Origin: an uncultured Gemmatimonadaceae bacterium
GTDB taxonomy: Bacteria > Gemmatimonadota > Gemmatimonadetes > Gemmatimonadales > Gemmatimonadaceae
Direction of reading: 5' to 3'
NCBI GenBank assembly: GCA_963740355.1
Contig: CAVUDW010000002.1
Location: 800,001 to 864,000, forward strand
DNA length: 64,000 nucleotides
Part shown: piece after piece, positions 10,479 to 19,838 of the stretch
Layout of the letters: each line of letters opens with the position of its first letter
How positions within the stretch are numbered: position 1 is the first letter of the stretch
Made by a program: the position numbers and the translations under genes
Notes under the pieces: generated by a model
Told to the model about the DNA's origin: nothing
Seen by the model: only the letters and a program-made list of their open reading frames with translations
Databases searched by the model: none

Positions 10479-11591
10479 ATGACGAACGAGCAGCTGCGAC
10501 TGCGGTATGCTGGAATCTGTCATGCCGCCCTGAGGGCTGCTGCCGCCGGCGCCGTCCTGCTCTTCAGTTGGGCAGTACTGCCTGGTCAGACGACGGCGAC
10601 TGCGAAAATGGTTGCGGACCGCGATTCGACCGCAATCCTGGCCGGTCTCGTGCGCGACTCCCTCGGCCGTCCCGTCACGAACGCCACGGTGTCGGAAGTC
10701 GGCATCGATCCCATGAGCACAACGACTGACAGCGCTGGCCGTTTCCGACTGGTTGGCATCAGGGCTGGACACTCACGGGTCGAGGTACGGCGCTCAGGCT
10801 ACGCGATGTTGGGGTTCGATTTCGAGATTGCTCCAGGCATCACCGTCGAACTGGAACTGACGCTGCTGCCTGCCGAGAGAGTCCTGCCGACCTTCGTGAC
10901 GGTCGACGCTGTCGATTCTCTCGGTATTCCCGGTCGGTGGAATGTCGTTGAAGGGACGGTCACCGATTCGACTGGCAGACCCTTGAGCGGAGTGTCGGTC
11001 CAGGGCATGTCCACTGAGCTGGCAGCGACGACCGGCGAAGATGGCCGCTTCGCACTTCGCAAAGTCGCACCGGGGCTGCATTTCCTTCGTCTGCGAAAGC
11101 TCGGTCACCTCCCTGAATACGCGCCGCTTCGAGTGACGGAACGGCAGCGCGTGACACTGCGCGTCGTTCTTCGCCCAGCGTCCGGCGCTCCAATGCTGGC
11201 CGGCGTGACCATCCGGGAAGACGCACGAATGGCGGGCTTTTTCGAACGACGGCGCCGCGGCGGCGGGATCTTCGTGACCCGTGAGGATCTGGAACAGAAA
11301 TACGTCTTCGAGATCTCGGATGCGCTCCGTGGCCGGAAGGCGGTGGATGTGCGTCCGAATTCCGAGGGGGACCGGATCATCGTCGGACGGCGAAGCCTTC
11401 TCGAAGCTCGGTGCCCGCTGGGTCTCCTGATCGACGGGATGCCGTTCATCGGCCCGCCGATCTCGATCGACCGACTCGTCACCGTCAAGCATGTGCGCGC
11501 CATGGAAGTCTACACAAACGGCGCCTCCGTGCCGCTGGGTTTTCAGCAGTCGGCGACCGACTGCGGTGCGATCCTGATCTGGACGCGATGA
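10479..11591 (+). CDS. Barrel-less plug-domain protein with two carboxypeptidase-regulatory-like domains
   Basis: Two G.VRDS.GRP...TTTDS.GRFRL repeats, GFFERRRRGGG, CPLGLLIDG, MEVY, terminal CGAILIWTR. Confidence 0.75.
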   Translation: MTNEQLRLRYAGICHAALRAAAAGAVLLFSWAVLPGQTTATAKMVADRDSTAILAGLVRDSLGRPVTNATVSEVGIDPMSTTTDSAGRFRLVGIRAGHSRVEVRRSGYAMLGFDFEIAPGITVELELTLLPAERVLPTFVTVDAVDSLGIPGRWNVVEGTVTDSTGRPLSGVSVQGMSTELAATTGEDGRFALRKVAPGLHFLRLRKLGHLPEYAPLRVTERQRVTLRVVLRPASGAPMLAGVTIREDARMAGFFERRRRGGGIFVTREDLEQKYVFEISDALRGRKAVDVRPNSEGDRIIVGRRSLLEARCPLGLLIDGMPFIGPPISIDRLVTVKHVRAMEVYTNGASVPLGFQQSATDCGAILIWTR

Positions 11592-11689
11592 GGACGAAGG
11601 GAGGCTCGCGTGTCTGCTCGATTGTCGGCAGACCACAACTGCTGGCTCAGGCGTAAACTTCCAGCCCGGAATTGGGTATTCTGCAGGCA

Positions 11690-12826
11690 ATGCACAGACT
11701 TCCTTTTCTCGCGCCGCGCTTTGTCCGCGCCGCGGCGGCGAGCCTGATTCTGGCCGTGTCGGCGCCAGTATTCGGCGTGGCAACAGCACGGGCGCAGGGC
11801 GTTCCTCTGGCGAAGGACTCGGCCCCGAAGGCAACCATCGCGGGCGTGGTGGTCGACAGCCTGGGGAAGCCGGTCAGCAACGCGACGGTTCGGGTGGCCG
11901 GCGGCTCGCCTTCGACCACGACCGATAGCCAGGGGCAGTTCCGCCTCGAAGGGGTGCCCGCCGGCGAAGCCCGAGTTCAGGTCACCGGCGACGGCTACAC
12001 ACCGCTCGGCTTCGAGTTTGCGATTGCGGCGAATGTGACGGTGTCGCTGAAACTGACACTGCTTCCGGCACCGCCATCCGCTGCGCCGCCTCCGGCTGCC
12101 GCCGCAGTAGACGCGCCGGTGATCGCTGGCCCGCCAGACTCCTCAAAGGTCCCGCAAGGACGTACGATCGTTGCCGGCAAGGTCGTCGACTCGGCCGGCA
12201 AGCCGATTTTCGGTGCGTCGGTACAGGCGGTGTCGACAGCGATAGGGACCATGAGTGATTCGTCGGGCCGGTTCCGGCTCTCAAACCTTACGCCGGGCCT
12301 GATCTTCGTGCGCGTCCGCAAGATCGGATACCTCTCCGAATATTTCCCGCTGCAGACGGAAGCCGGCCGCGTCGCGTCGCTGACCGTGAAGCTGCGCCCG
12401 GCATCCAATGCACCGTCGCTGGCACGGGTCGAGGTCCGCGCCGATGCACGACGCGATGCGCGCATGGTGGGCTTCTACGAGCGGATGCGATTGGGCAACG
12501 GCGTGTTCGTGGAGCGCGAGGAATTGCTGCGCCGCAACACCTCGAACGTGACGGAGATCCTGCGCGGCCGGAATGGCGTGAACATCATTCGTGATGCCAA
12601 CAACAACGCAGTGGTGTTCGGGCGCAACCTGACGGGCGCGGGCTACTGCGCGATGGGTGTGCTGGTGGATGGCGTGTTCGTGAACACGCAGGGAATGAGC
12701 ATCGATCAGCTGGTCAACACGCAGGACGTGCGTGCGATCGAGGTGTACAAGACCGGGCCGAGCGTCCCGAACGAGTTTCAACGTCGCGAGACGGACTGCG
12801 GTGCGGTGTTGATCTGGACGCGGTGA
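11690..12826 (+). CDS. Barrel-less plug-domain protein with two carboxypeptidase-regulatory-like domains (tandem paralog)
   Basis: Signal peptide ARA-Q; same architecture as the upstream gene; GFYERMRLGNG, CAMGVLVDG, IEVY, terminal CGAVLIWTR. Confidence 0.8.
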   Translation: MHRLPFLAPRFVRAAAASLILAVSAPVFGVATARAQGVPLAKDSAPKATIAGVVVDSLGKPVSNATVRVAGGSPSTTTDSQGQFRLEGVPAGEARVQVTGDGYTPLGFEFAIAANVTVSLKLTLLPAPPSAAPPPAAAAVDAPVIAGPPDSSKVPQGRTIVAGKVVDSAGKPIFGASVQAVSTAIGTMSDSSGRFRLSNLTPGLIFVRVRKIGYLSEYFPLQTEAGRVASLTVKLRPASNAPSLARVEVRADARRDARMVGFYERMRLGNGVFVEREELLRRNTSNVTEILRGRNGVNIIRDANNNAVVFGRNLTGAGYCAMGVLVDGVFVNTQGMSIDQLVNTQDVRAIEVYKTGPSVPNEFQRRETDCGAVLIWTR

Positions 12827-13070
12827 CACATCCGCTGTGACCCGGTAGTGATTCACTCCTGCCACGAGCGCCCGCGACATCACGTTGCGGGCGCTTTGTA
12901 TTTGTGCATTCGATTTGCATTCGATGTGCACCATGCGCGCGAATCTGGAACATGGCTTTGGCCGGTGCGGTCGCACTGTGGCCCCGTCAGTCATACGTCG
13001 TGACTGACGTGGTGCACGCCTCGCCAGAGAGTCGCGCGCCGCCGATGCGCGACTCTGGCAGGAGGCGAAC

Positions 13071-14054
13071 ATGATGCGAACAAGGATTACAGGAGGGGCG
13101 CTGCTGATGTGTACGGCCATTACATTGGCTGCGTGCTCGGATGGGCCGTCGTCACCGGTTGACATCGGTCGCGGCAAGCGGTTGGCGACCATCGGTGATG
13201 GATGCGGCACCATCATGGCGCAGCGAGTGGTACCCACGCCAACACAGGCATCACCGTCACTCTCGGTTTCGACACCGCCGACCTTGCCGGTCGTGGTCGT
13301 GACGGCCTCGTTTCCCAGCGCGGGTTTGCCGTGGAACGTGATGCAGCAGATGCAGTTTCCACTGAACGCCGGAGCACAGCAGGCGCTCTGCCTGAACTCG
13401 CCATTGGCGACGTACCGTGCGGAGACACTCTACGTTGCGGCGAGCGACCCGATTCCCGCACCGGACGGGGTCGATCCAAACTTCTGGGCATCGCTTTCAC
13501 CCCGCGAGCAGCGGGCGCTGATCGCGAGGGCAAAGCAGCTGATGGAGCTGTATCCGAACAAGTATCCGACCATTGGCTCCACCATCGACGCGTTCTTCAA
13601 GCAGAAGATGCTGCCGGCCAAGTTCGAGGCGAAACTGCGAGGCATCGATTTTCTCGGAGGCACCAGCGAAGCCGAGATGATGGCGGGTGGCGTGTACGGC
13701 TGCTTGCTCTATCAGCGATTCGTGCGCGATCCAGACTGGTTTCTCTCGAATCGCGAGACGCTGGAGCTCGTGACGGAGCTGGTGACGGCATTCGCGGAAG
13801 CGGAGTTCGCGTCGTTCCCGCTCCGGGCGGTGCAGTTCGGGCGCAACGGCGTGTTTGGCGCGGCGATGGCCCAGTCCGACCCGTACGGCAGCGAATGTGG
13901 TCGCCTGGTCTTCGATTCGATTCCCAGTGGGCGCATCGATGTGCGTGACCCGTATTCAACACCGAGTGCTGGGGCGACCCCACCGCCGGGCAACCCGAAT
14001 TACTCGCCGGCACCGCCGTTCACTGGCGGACCTGACGGCTGGTGGGACCAGTGA
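13071..14054 (+). CDS. Hypothetical lipoprotein
   Basis: AGGAGG RBS, LAAC lipobox, 327-aa ORF; no family recognised. Confidence 0.7.
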   Translation: MMRTRITGGALLMCTAITLAACSDGPSSPVDIGRGKRLATIGDGCGTIMAQRVVPTPTQASPSLSVSTPPTLPVVVVTASFPSAGLPWNVMQQMQFPLNAGAQQALCLNSPLATYRAETLYVAASDPIPAPDGVDPNFWASLSPREQRALIARAKQLMELYPNKYPTIGSTIDAFFKQKMLPAKFEAKLRGIDFLGGTSEAEMMAGGVYGCLLYQRFVRDPDWFLSNRETLELVTELVTAFAEAEFASFPLRAVQFGRNGVFGAAMAQSDPYGSECGRLVFDSIPSGRIDVRDPYSTPSAGATPPPGNPNYSPAPPFTGGPDGWWDQ

Positions 14055-14151
14055 GATGACGGCGTGCTGACGCACGTCTCGACTGTTGCGGTGGGTGCGC
14101 ATGGCGCCGTGCGCGCCCACCTCCTTCTCCAAATCCAGACTCGACTCTTCG

Positions 14152-14730
14152 ATGCGCCTTCTTCTCATCTCGATCCTTGCGGTCTCCCTCACTGCACCCG
14201 CGCGTGCGCAGGGCGCGGTGTCACCAATGACGCCGGCGGCCGCCTTCGAAAGTTTTTCGCGCGTCGCAGCCACGGTGGGACAGCCGACGACGGCGCTGGC
14301 TCGTCTCTGGCCGCAACCGCTCGATGCGAGGGCCGAAACTGCAACACTCCAGGTCTCGGCCTCGCATCTCCTGACCGTGCGTACGGCTGGCGATTCACAG
14401 CGAACCGACGGTGTTCAACGGGTCACGGCGGCGGACTTTCATGAACGGGTGGCGGACACCCTCGTACTGCGACGACGAGTGATGGAGCTGATGCGGCTGA
14501 TCGCCAAGGGTTCGGTAGTGCCTGACCGGTGTGACACACCGCTGGGTCCACCCGCCTACCTGTTCGCGCCGCAGCGTGTCGCCCGTCACTGGCGCCGCGG
14601 CCTTGCCGACCAGCCAACGCAACTCGTGTGGGAAGTCGCGCCAGGCTCCGTGTATCTGATCTCAGTCCACGTGGGTGCATCACTGGATGCCGGTGCAGCG
14701 ATGATCGGGTGTGACGCGAGGATGCCGTAG
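14152..14730 (+). CDS. Hypothetical secreted protein
   Basis: MRLLLISILAVSLTAPARA-Q signal peptide; no family recognised. Confidence 0.55.
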   Translation: MRLLLISILAVSLTAPARAQGAVSPMTPAAAFESFSRVAATVGQPTTALARLWPQPLDARAETATLQVSASHLLTVRTAGDSQRTDGVQRVTAADFHERVADTLVLRRRVMELMRLIAKGSVVPDRCDTPLGPPAYLFAPQRVARHWRRGLADQPTQLVWEVAPGSVYLISVHVGASLDAGAAMIGCDARMP

Positions 14731-14746
14731 CGGCGAATCGCAGTCG

Positions 14747-16042
14747 CTATGCGAGCAGTGACAGAACGAGGCTCGTAGCGCGGTCAGCGGCACCGAGTCC
14801 GTGCTGGACACGTTCACGTGCACGCGCGCCTGCAGTGTCGCGGGCGCTGGAGTCGGTGGGAGAGAGCCAGGTCGTGAGCACGTCGACCAGTTCAGCACTG
14901 GTGCGCACGCTTCGGGCGGCGCCGTCAGCGAGCAGCAACTCGGCGTCGCGGCTGTTTCGGAATTGAGGTCCGAAGATCACCGGCGCGCCGAAGGCCGCCG
15001 GTTCGAGCACGGAGTGCAACCCGGCGGAATGAAACCCGCCGCCGACGAAGGCCACGTCTGCGATCCCGTAGAGATCACCGAGTACGCCGACGCGATCGAC
15101 GAGGACAACGTCGGCCGTGGCGTCGTCAGTGGCGTCGAGGCGTGTACAGCGGAGCTTCTGTTGTGCGGCCCACGACTCGATTGGCGCCAGGTGTGCGGCG
15201 GTCGGCTCGTGGGGGGCGATGACCAGGCGCAGCGCGCCCGGGTACTTTCGCGTCAGTTCGAGCCACGCGGGCAGGAGCACGGTATCGTCGGCCGGCCATG
15301 TCGAGCCTGCGACCAGCGTGAGGCGTGTCGTCTCGCGGAAACGCGTGAGCCATGGCGCAGACTGTGCGACGGCCGACGCGCGGGCCCAAACCTGATCGTA
15401 CCGCGTGTCGCCGGTGACCTGGATCACTTCCGGACGCACACCGATTTCCACCAGTCGCGCCGCGTCGGCTTCATCGATCGCACCGACGGCATCGAGTGCC
15501 GCGTACGCATCGCGGGTCAGTGCGGCGGCGATGCCGTGGCGCCGCCCGGAACCTTCGGCGAGTGTGGCGCTGATCATGCCGAGCTTCACGTCATGCGCCT
15601 TGGCTTGTTCAACCAAAAGCGGCCAGACATCGAGCTTGCTGAAGATCAGTGCTGTGGGGTGCAGCGCCTCGACGGCGGCGCGCATGTCGTGCGTGGTGTC
15701 GAAGGGGAGGTAATCGCGGAAGTCGGCGCCGGTGCGTTGTGCGAACGCCGCGGCGCTTGGCGAGAAGTGCGTGTACGCCAACTGGATGTCGGGGCGGTGT
15801 TGCCGCAATTGCGACATCACGGGGACCGCTTGCAGTCCTTCACCAACACTAGGTGCATGGAACCAGACCAGGGGACGTGACCGAGCGCGCGCAGTTCGAC
15901 CAAACGCTGCGTATCGATCGAGCAGTCCTCGACGGCCAGATATCGTCCGCGCGAGTTTGCCGTCGCCAGGAACGCCGGTGGCAACGGCGAGTCGCGCAAT
16001 CGCGCCTGCGCCGGCGTACAATCCGCGCAGGAGCGGGTTCAT
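14747..16042 (-). CDS. waaA: 3-deoxy-D-manno-octulosonic acid (Kdo) transferase
   Basis: VWFHAPSVGE, YLPFD, TGDTRYD, AGSTW, IAPHEP, VAFVGGGF..HSVLEPAAFG motifs. Confidence 0.92.
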   Translation of the reverse strand: MNPLLRGLYAGAGAIARLAVATGVPGDGKLARTISGRRGLLDRYAAFGRTARARSRPLVWFHAPSVGEGLQAVPVMSQLRQHRPDIQLAYTHFSPSAAAFAQRTGADFRDYLPFDTTHDMRAAVEALHPTALIFSKLDVWPLLVEQAKAHDVKLGMISATLAEGSGRRHGIAAALTRDAYAALDAVGAIDEADAARLVEIGVRPEVIQVTGDTRYDQVWARASAVAQSAPWLTRFRETTRLTLVAGSTWPADDTVLLPAWLELTRKYPGALRLVIAPHEPTAAHLAPIESWAAQQKLRCTRLDATDDATADVVLVDRVGVLGDLYGIADVAFVGGGFHSAGLHSVLEPAAFGAPVIFGPQFRNSRDAELLLADGAARSVRTSAELVDVLTTWLSPTDSSARDTAGARARERVQHGLGAADRATSLVLSLLA

Positions 16043-16078
16043 CGCACGCGCGCGGTGGCGCCGGTCAGCGGCTGCCGT

Positions 16079-16777
16079 TCAGCGCGGGTGCGACGCGAGG
16101 TTGGCGTCGATCACGCGCTTGAAGTCGGGAAACGGATAAGCGCCGCTGAGCAGGCTGTCGCCGATGATGAACGCCGGCGTGCCATTGATGCCCGCGGTCG
16201 ACGAACGTTCTGCATCGCTGGCGATCAAAGGACGGGTGGCGTGTGTCGACTGGCAGGTACCGAACTGTTTCGCGTCGAGCTGCAGCGCGCTGGCGAAGCG
16301 CGCGAACATGGTATCCGGCTTCGCAATCACGGCCCAGCGTTCCTGCGCATCAAACAGCGAGTCATGCATGGCCCAGAACTTTCCCTGCACCGAGGCGCAC
16401 ATGGCGGCTTCAGCAGCGGGCCACGAATTCTGGTGGCTGCGCAGTGGCAGGTTCACGTAGGCCATGCGCGTCTTCCCGTTGTCGACGTAGGCCGCGCGCA
16501 GCTTGGCGTAGGTCGAGTCGTGGAAGGCCTTGCAGTACGGGCACTGGAAGTCACTGATCTCCAGCACGATGACCTTCGCGCCCGAGTCGCCAACGATCCG
16601 GCCGAGGTCGGCCTTTCGCAGCAACGCGGTATCCATCGCCACCGGGATCGCGTCCGGGCCGTACACCGCTGGCTTTGGTGCCCCCGCCGCGTCAGCCGGC
16701 GTGGCACTTTCGGCAGTCTTGGCGCAGGCGAGCAATACGGCTGCCACAAGGGCGCCCAGAGCGAGTCGAGCAGTCAT
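16079..16777 (-). CDS. DsbA-family thioredoxin-fold lipoprotein
   Basis: LLAC lipobox from MTARLALG; SDFQCPYC active site; GINGTP cis-Pro loop. Confidence 0.88.
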   Translation of the reverse strand: MTARLALGALVAAVLLACAKTAESATPADAAGAPKPAVYGPDAIPVAMDTALLRKADLGRIVGDSGAKVIVLEISDFQCPYCKAFHDSTYAKLRAAYVDNGKTRMAYVNLPLRSHQNSWPAAEAAMCASVQGKFWAMHDSLFDAQERWAVIAKPDTMFARFASALQLDAKQFGTCQSTHATRPLIASDAERSSTAGINGTPAFIIGDSLLSGAYPFPDFKRVIDANLASHPR

Positions 16778-16849
16778 GGTCACAAGGGTCAGGGAATCCC
16801 GAAAACTACTCCTGCACCCTTTACGCACGCACCCGCCCCGCTTCCTTTT

Positions 16850-17064
16850 GCGGCGACGCTGCGTTTGCGCCTGACGGTCCGCACACTGCCGGTTCCGCGG
16901 CGACGCTGCGCTTTCGCCTGTCGGTCCACACTCCCGGTTCTGCGGCGACGCTGCGCTTACGCCTGACGGTCCACACTCCCTCACGCGGAGCCGCGGGGGA
17001 CGCGGAGACGCGGAGGACTGCCACCGCCTCCTCGGCGACGCTGCGCTTACGCCCGGCGGTCCAC
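16850..17064. repeat. Intergenic tandem repeats of ~45-47 bp (3 adjacent copies plus 1 partial)
   Basis: Core CGGCGACGCTGCGYTTNCGCCYGNCGGTCCRC in units starting at 16850, 16897, 16942 and 17033. Confidence 0.9.
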
Positions 17065-17261
17065 CGCGTCACGAGTTCGGGTGTGCGTCGCCGCCCCGTG
17101 TGCCGACCGGTAGGCTGATTTTTTGGGGAACTGCGCGCACAAAGCGTGGCCAGCCACACCTCCTTCAAAAAGCAGTTGCTCCTTGTCCGGTGTGGACCGC
17201 CCCGCCGCCGCCTGGCGTCCGGTGCAGTCCTCCGCGTCTCCGCGTCCCCCGCGGCTCCGCG
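16984..17261. repeat. 278-bp foldback element (REPIN/MITE-like) with perfect 38-bp terminal inverted repeats
   Basis: CGCGGAGCCGCGGGGGACGCGGAGACGCGGAGGACTGC at 16984-17021 and its exact reverse complement at 17224-17261; inner IR GGCGGTCCAC 17055-17064 / GTGGACCGCC 17192-17201. Confidence 0.85.
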
Positions 17262-17470
17262 GGTTTGACCGTGTGGACCGCCGGCGCGGCACGCGCGAGA
17301 ACCCTGCAATGCTGCACGGCGAGGGTGTTTGCGCGGCGCCTGCACCATCGTGACGCGCACGAGCGCTCGCGCGATTCGCTTTGGTTGGTAACGGGAACGT
17401 GGCGCGGGCGGGAACGTGACACTTCCGGGGCGCGGCGGCGTATTATTCGGCGTCACCTCAAGCCCAATCG

Positions 17471-18292
17471 ATGCACTTTCTCTCGGCGCTCGTCGCCGGT
17501 GTACTGGCCCTCTTTCAGGGCGTGAGCATTCCGGCGGCCCCAACGGGGTACGTCAACGACTTCGCCAATATCCTCCCGGCTGATCGCGTCAGCTTGCTGA
17601 CGCGGATCGCGGAGGACGTGAAGGCGAAGAGTGGCGGCGAGATCGCCATCGTCACGATGGCCGACATCGGCGATCGGCAGGCGTCGGAGATCGCGCTCGA
17701 GATCGGTCGACAGTGGAAGGTCGGCCAGAACGACGCCGTCGGGAATCGCTCGCGAAACGCAGGTGTCGTCATCCTGCTGGTGCCGAAGGAAACCAGCAAG
17801 AGCGGCAAAGGCTCGTGCCGCATCGAAGTCGGTCAGGGCAGTGAAGGGTTCATCACCGACGGCATGTCGGGCGAGATCTGCCGTGAGGCGACGCCGCTCT
17901 TCCGGGAGCAGGAGTACGCGCGCGGCTTGACCATCGTCACGACCCGTGTGGCCGAGAAATTTGCGGCAGAGTTCGGGTTCGTGCTGGATACCACGCTGGT
18001 GCCGCGACGGCAGGTGAATCAGGCGCCTGAGATCCAGATCAACCCGCTGGTCGTGCTGATCATCATCTTCATCATCATCTTCCTCATCTCGCGGGCAGGC
18101 CGCGGTGGTCGAGGTGGACGTGGTGGCGGGGGCGGCAGCTTCATCCCGGTCGTGCTGCCGAATATTGGCGGCGGCGGCTGGGGCAGCGGCGGTGGGTGGG
18201 GCGGCGGCGGTGGCGGCGGGGGAGGCGGTGGCTTTGGTGGTTTCGGCGGTGGCGGTGGCTTCAGCGGCGGCGGGGGAGGATCGGACTGGTGA
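17471..18292 (+). CDS. TPM-domain (YgcG-like) membrane protein with Gly-rich tail
   Basis: GYVNDFANIL, EIAIVT, WKVGQ, RIEVGQGSEGFITD, TM helix, terminal GGGFSGGGGGSDW. Confidence 0.9.
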   Translation: MHFLSALVAGVLALFQGVSIPAAPTGYVNDFANILPADRVSLLTRIAEDVKAKSGGEIAIVTMADIGDRQASEIALEIGRQWKVGQNDAVGNRSRNAGVVILLVPKETSKSGKGSCRIEVGQGSEGFITDGMSGEICREATPLFREQEYARGLTIVTTRVAEKFAAEFGFVLDTTLVPRRQVNQAPEIQINPLVVLIIIFIIIFLISRAGRGGRGGRGGGGGSFIPVVLPNIGGGGWGSGGGWGGGGGGGGGGGFGGFGGGGGFSGGGGGSDW

Positions 18293-19065
18293 CGAGTTCA
18301 GCGATGCAGGAGACGGAGCTGGCCAGCGAAATGGCCGTGCGCGATCTGGTGGCGGCCCTGCAAGGCCTCTACGGTGAATCGCTGCGCGCCGTCGTGCGCT
18401 TCGGGTCGGCCGTGGCCGGCGAAGTGCTGCCGGGGCAGTCGGACACGAACCTGCTGATCATCGTCGACGCCATTCCGCTCGGGAAGCTGCTCGACAACGC
18501 CATCGCCGTACAGAAGTGGACAGCCGCCGGCAATCCCGCGCCGCTGCTGCTGACGCTGGAAGAGTGGCGCTCGTCGTCGGACATCTTTGCGATGGAGTAC
18601 GCCGACATCCTGCACCGCCATCAGGTGCTGGTCGGTGACGCACCGTTCGAGGAGATCCATGTCGCGCTGCACGACCTGCGCCTGCATGTGGAACGTGAAG
18701 CGATGGGGAAGCTGCTGCAGCTGCGTCGGGCGATCATGGCGGTCGGTGGCGACGCGCCGTCGCAGCTCCGACTGCTGCTGAATGGCCTGTCGACGCTGAT
18801 GGTGATCTTTCGCGGCGTGTCACGCGTGTCTGGCAATGCACCGCCGATGGACTATGTCCAGCTGAGCCGAGAAGTCGCGACGCTGGCGGCATTCGACGCG
18901 AAACCCTTCGAACGGCTGGTGCAGCACGCACGTCGGGAAGTACAGATTCCTGTGTCCGACGTCACGTCAGTGCTGACCGGTGTACTGGATGCCATGGGGC
19001 GCCTGGTGGCGCACCTCGACCGGGCGGCGGCAATCGCGCGGTCAGACGCGACCACGTCGCAGTGA
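18289..19065 (+). CDS. Nucleotidyltransferase-fold protein (degenerate motif)
   Basis: GTGA overlap with the TPM gene; LRAVVRFGSAVAGE...SDTNLLIIV resembles the Pol-beta superfamily GS..DxD with the second D replaced by N. Confidence 0.65.
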   Translation: MTSSAMQETELASEMAVRDLVAALQGLYGESLRAVVRFGSAVAGEVLPGQSDTNLLIIVDAIPLGKLLDNAIAVQKWTAAGNPAPLLLTLEEWRSSSDIFAMEYADILHRHQVLVGDAPFEEIHVALHDLRLHVEREAMGKLLQLRRAIMAVGGDAPSQLRLLLNGLSTLMVIFRGVSRVSGNAPPMDYVQLSREVATLAAFDAKPFERLVQHARREVQIPVSDVTSVLTGVLDAMGRLVAHLDRAAAIARSDATTSQ

Positions 19066-19137
19066 CGTGATCGCAGCAGGTCCCCGGTGCTGCGTGTGGC
19101 GGCACCGTTCACTTCCGAACTTCGAGAGAGCGAAACG

Positions 19138-19812
19138 ATGCGTGCAATGACGATGGCTCGACCCGACACAGTGCGCGGCGCGCGCGCGCGTTGGCTGCGC
19201 CGCGCGGTACTGCTCCTGCCGTTGGCGCTCGGCGCCTGCGGCTACAACACCATCCAGTCGCTCGATGAGTCGGCGGCCAAGTCGCAGAAGGAGATCGAAG
19301 TCCAGCTGCAGCGCCGCGCCGACCTGATTCCAAACCTGGTGGCGACCGTGAAGGGATTTGCGGCGCAGGAGTCCAGCATCTTCATCGCCGTGGCCCAGGC
19401 GCAGAAGGGGTTGACTGGTGCCCTGGCACGTCCCGGCGGCGCGAACCCGGCCGAGCTGGCCTCGGCCAACGACGCGCTGTCGCGCGCGGTGTTGCCGATG
19501 ATGACACTGGTCACGAGCTACCCGCAGCTGAAGAGTGATGCCCAGTTCCTGAAGCTGCAGGATGAGCTGACGGGCACGGAGAACCGCATCGCCGTCAGCC
19601 GCACGGACTACAACAACTCCGTCAACGAGTACAACGCCTACATCCGCAAGTTTCCGGCGGTCATGACGGCGAAGGTGCTCGGCAGCAAGCCGCGTGAATA
19701 CTTCGAGGTGACGGATGCGGCGAAGCGTGAGGCGCCCACGGTGGACTTCAACGCCGCGCCGGCTGCGCCTGCCGCAACGGCACCGGCGGCTCCAGCCCCG
19801 GCGAAGCCGTAG
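19138..19812 (+). CDS. lemA: LemA family protein
   Basis: GACGYN, QLQRRADLIPNLV.TVKG.A, YPQLKSD..FL.LQDEL.GTENRIAV.R.DYN, FPA motifs. Confidence 0.93.
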   Translation: MRAMTMARPDTVRGARARWLRRAVLLLPLALGACGYNTIQSLDESAAKSQKEIEVQLQRRADLIPNLVATVKGFAAQESSIFIAVAQAQKGLTGALARPGGANPAELASANDALSRAVLPMMTLVTSYPQLKSDAQFLKLQDELTGTENRIAVSRTDYNNSVNEYNAYIRKFPAVMTAKVLGSKPREYFEVTDAAKREAPTVDFNAAPAAPAATAPAAPAPAKP

Positions 19813-19838
19813 TCGCTCCAGCGGTACCGGTGTACGCG

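Noticed and set aside
16850..16984. CRISPR array, or a repetitive N-terminal extension of DsbA (ORF start 16984)
   Set aside because: Units are head-to-tail without unique spacers; the lipoprotein signal peptide begins at 16777.
18100..18290. GGC/GGT low-complexity repeat
   Set aside because: Encodes the usual Gly-rich tail of TPM-domain proteins.
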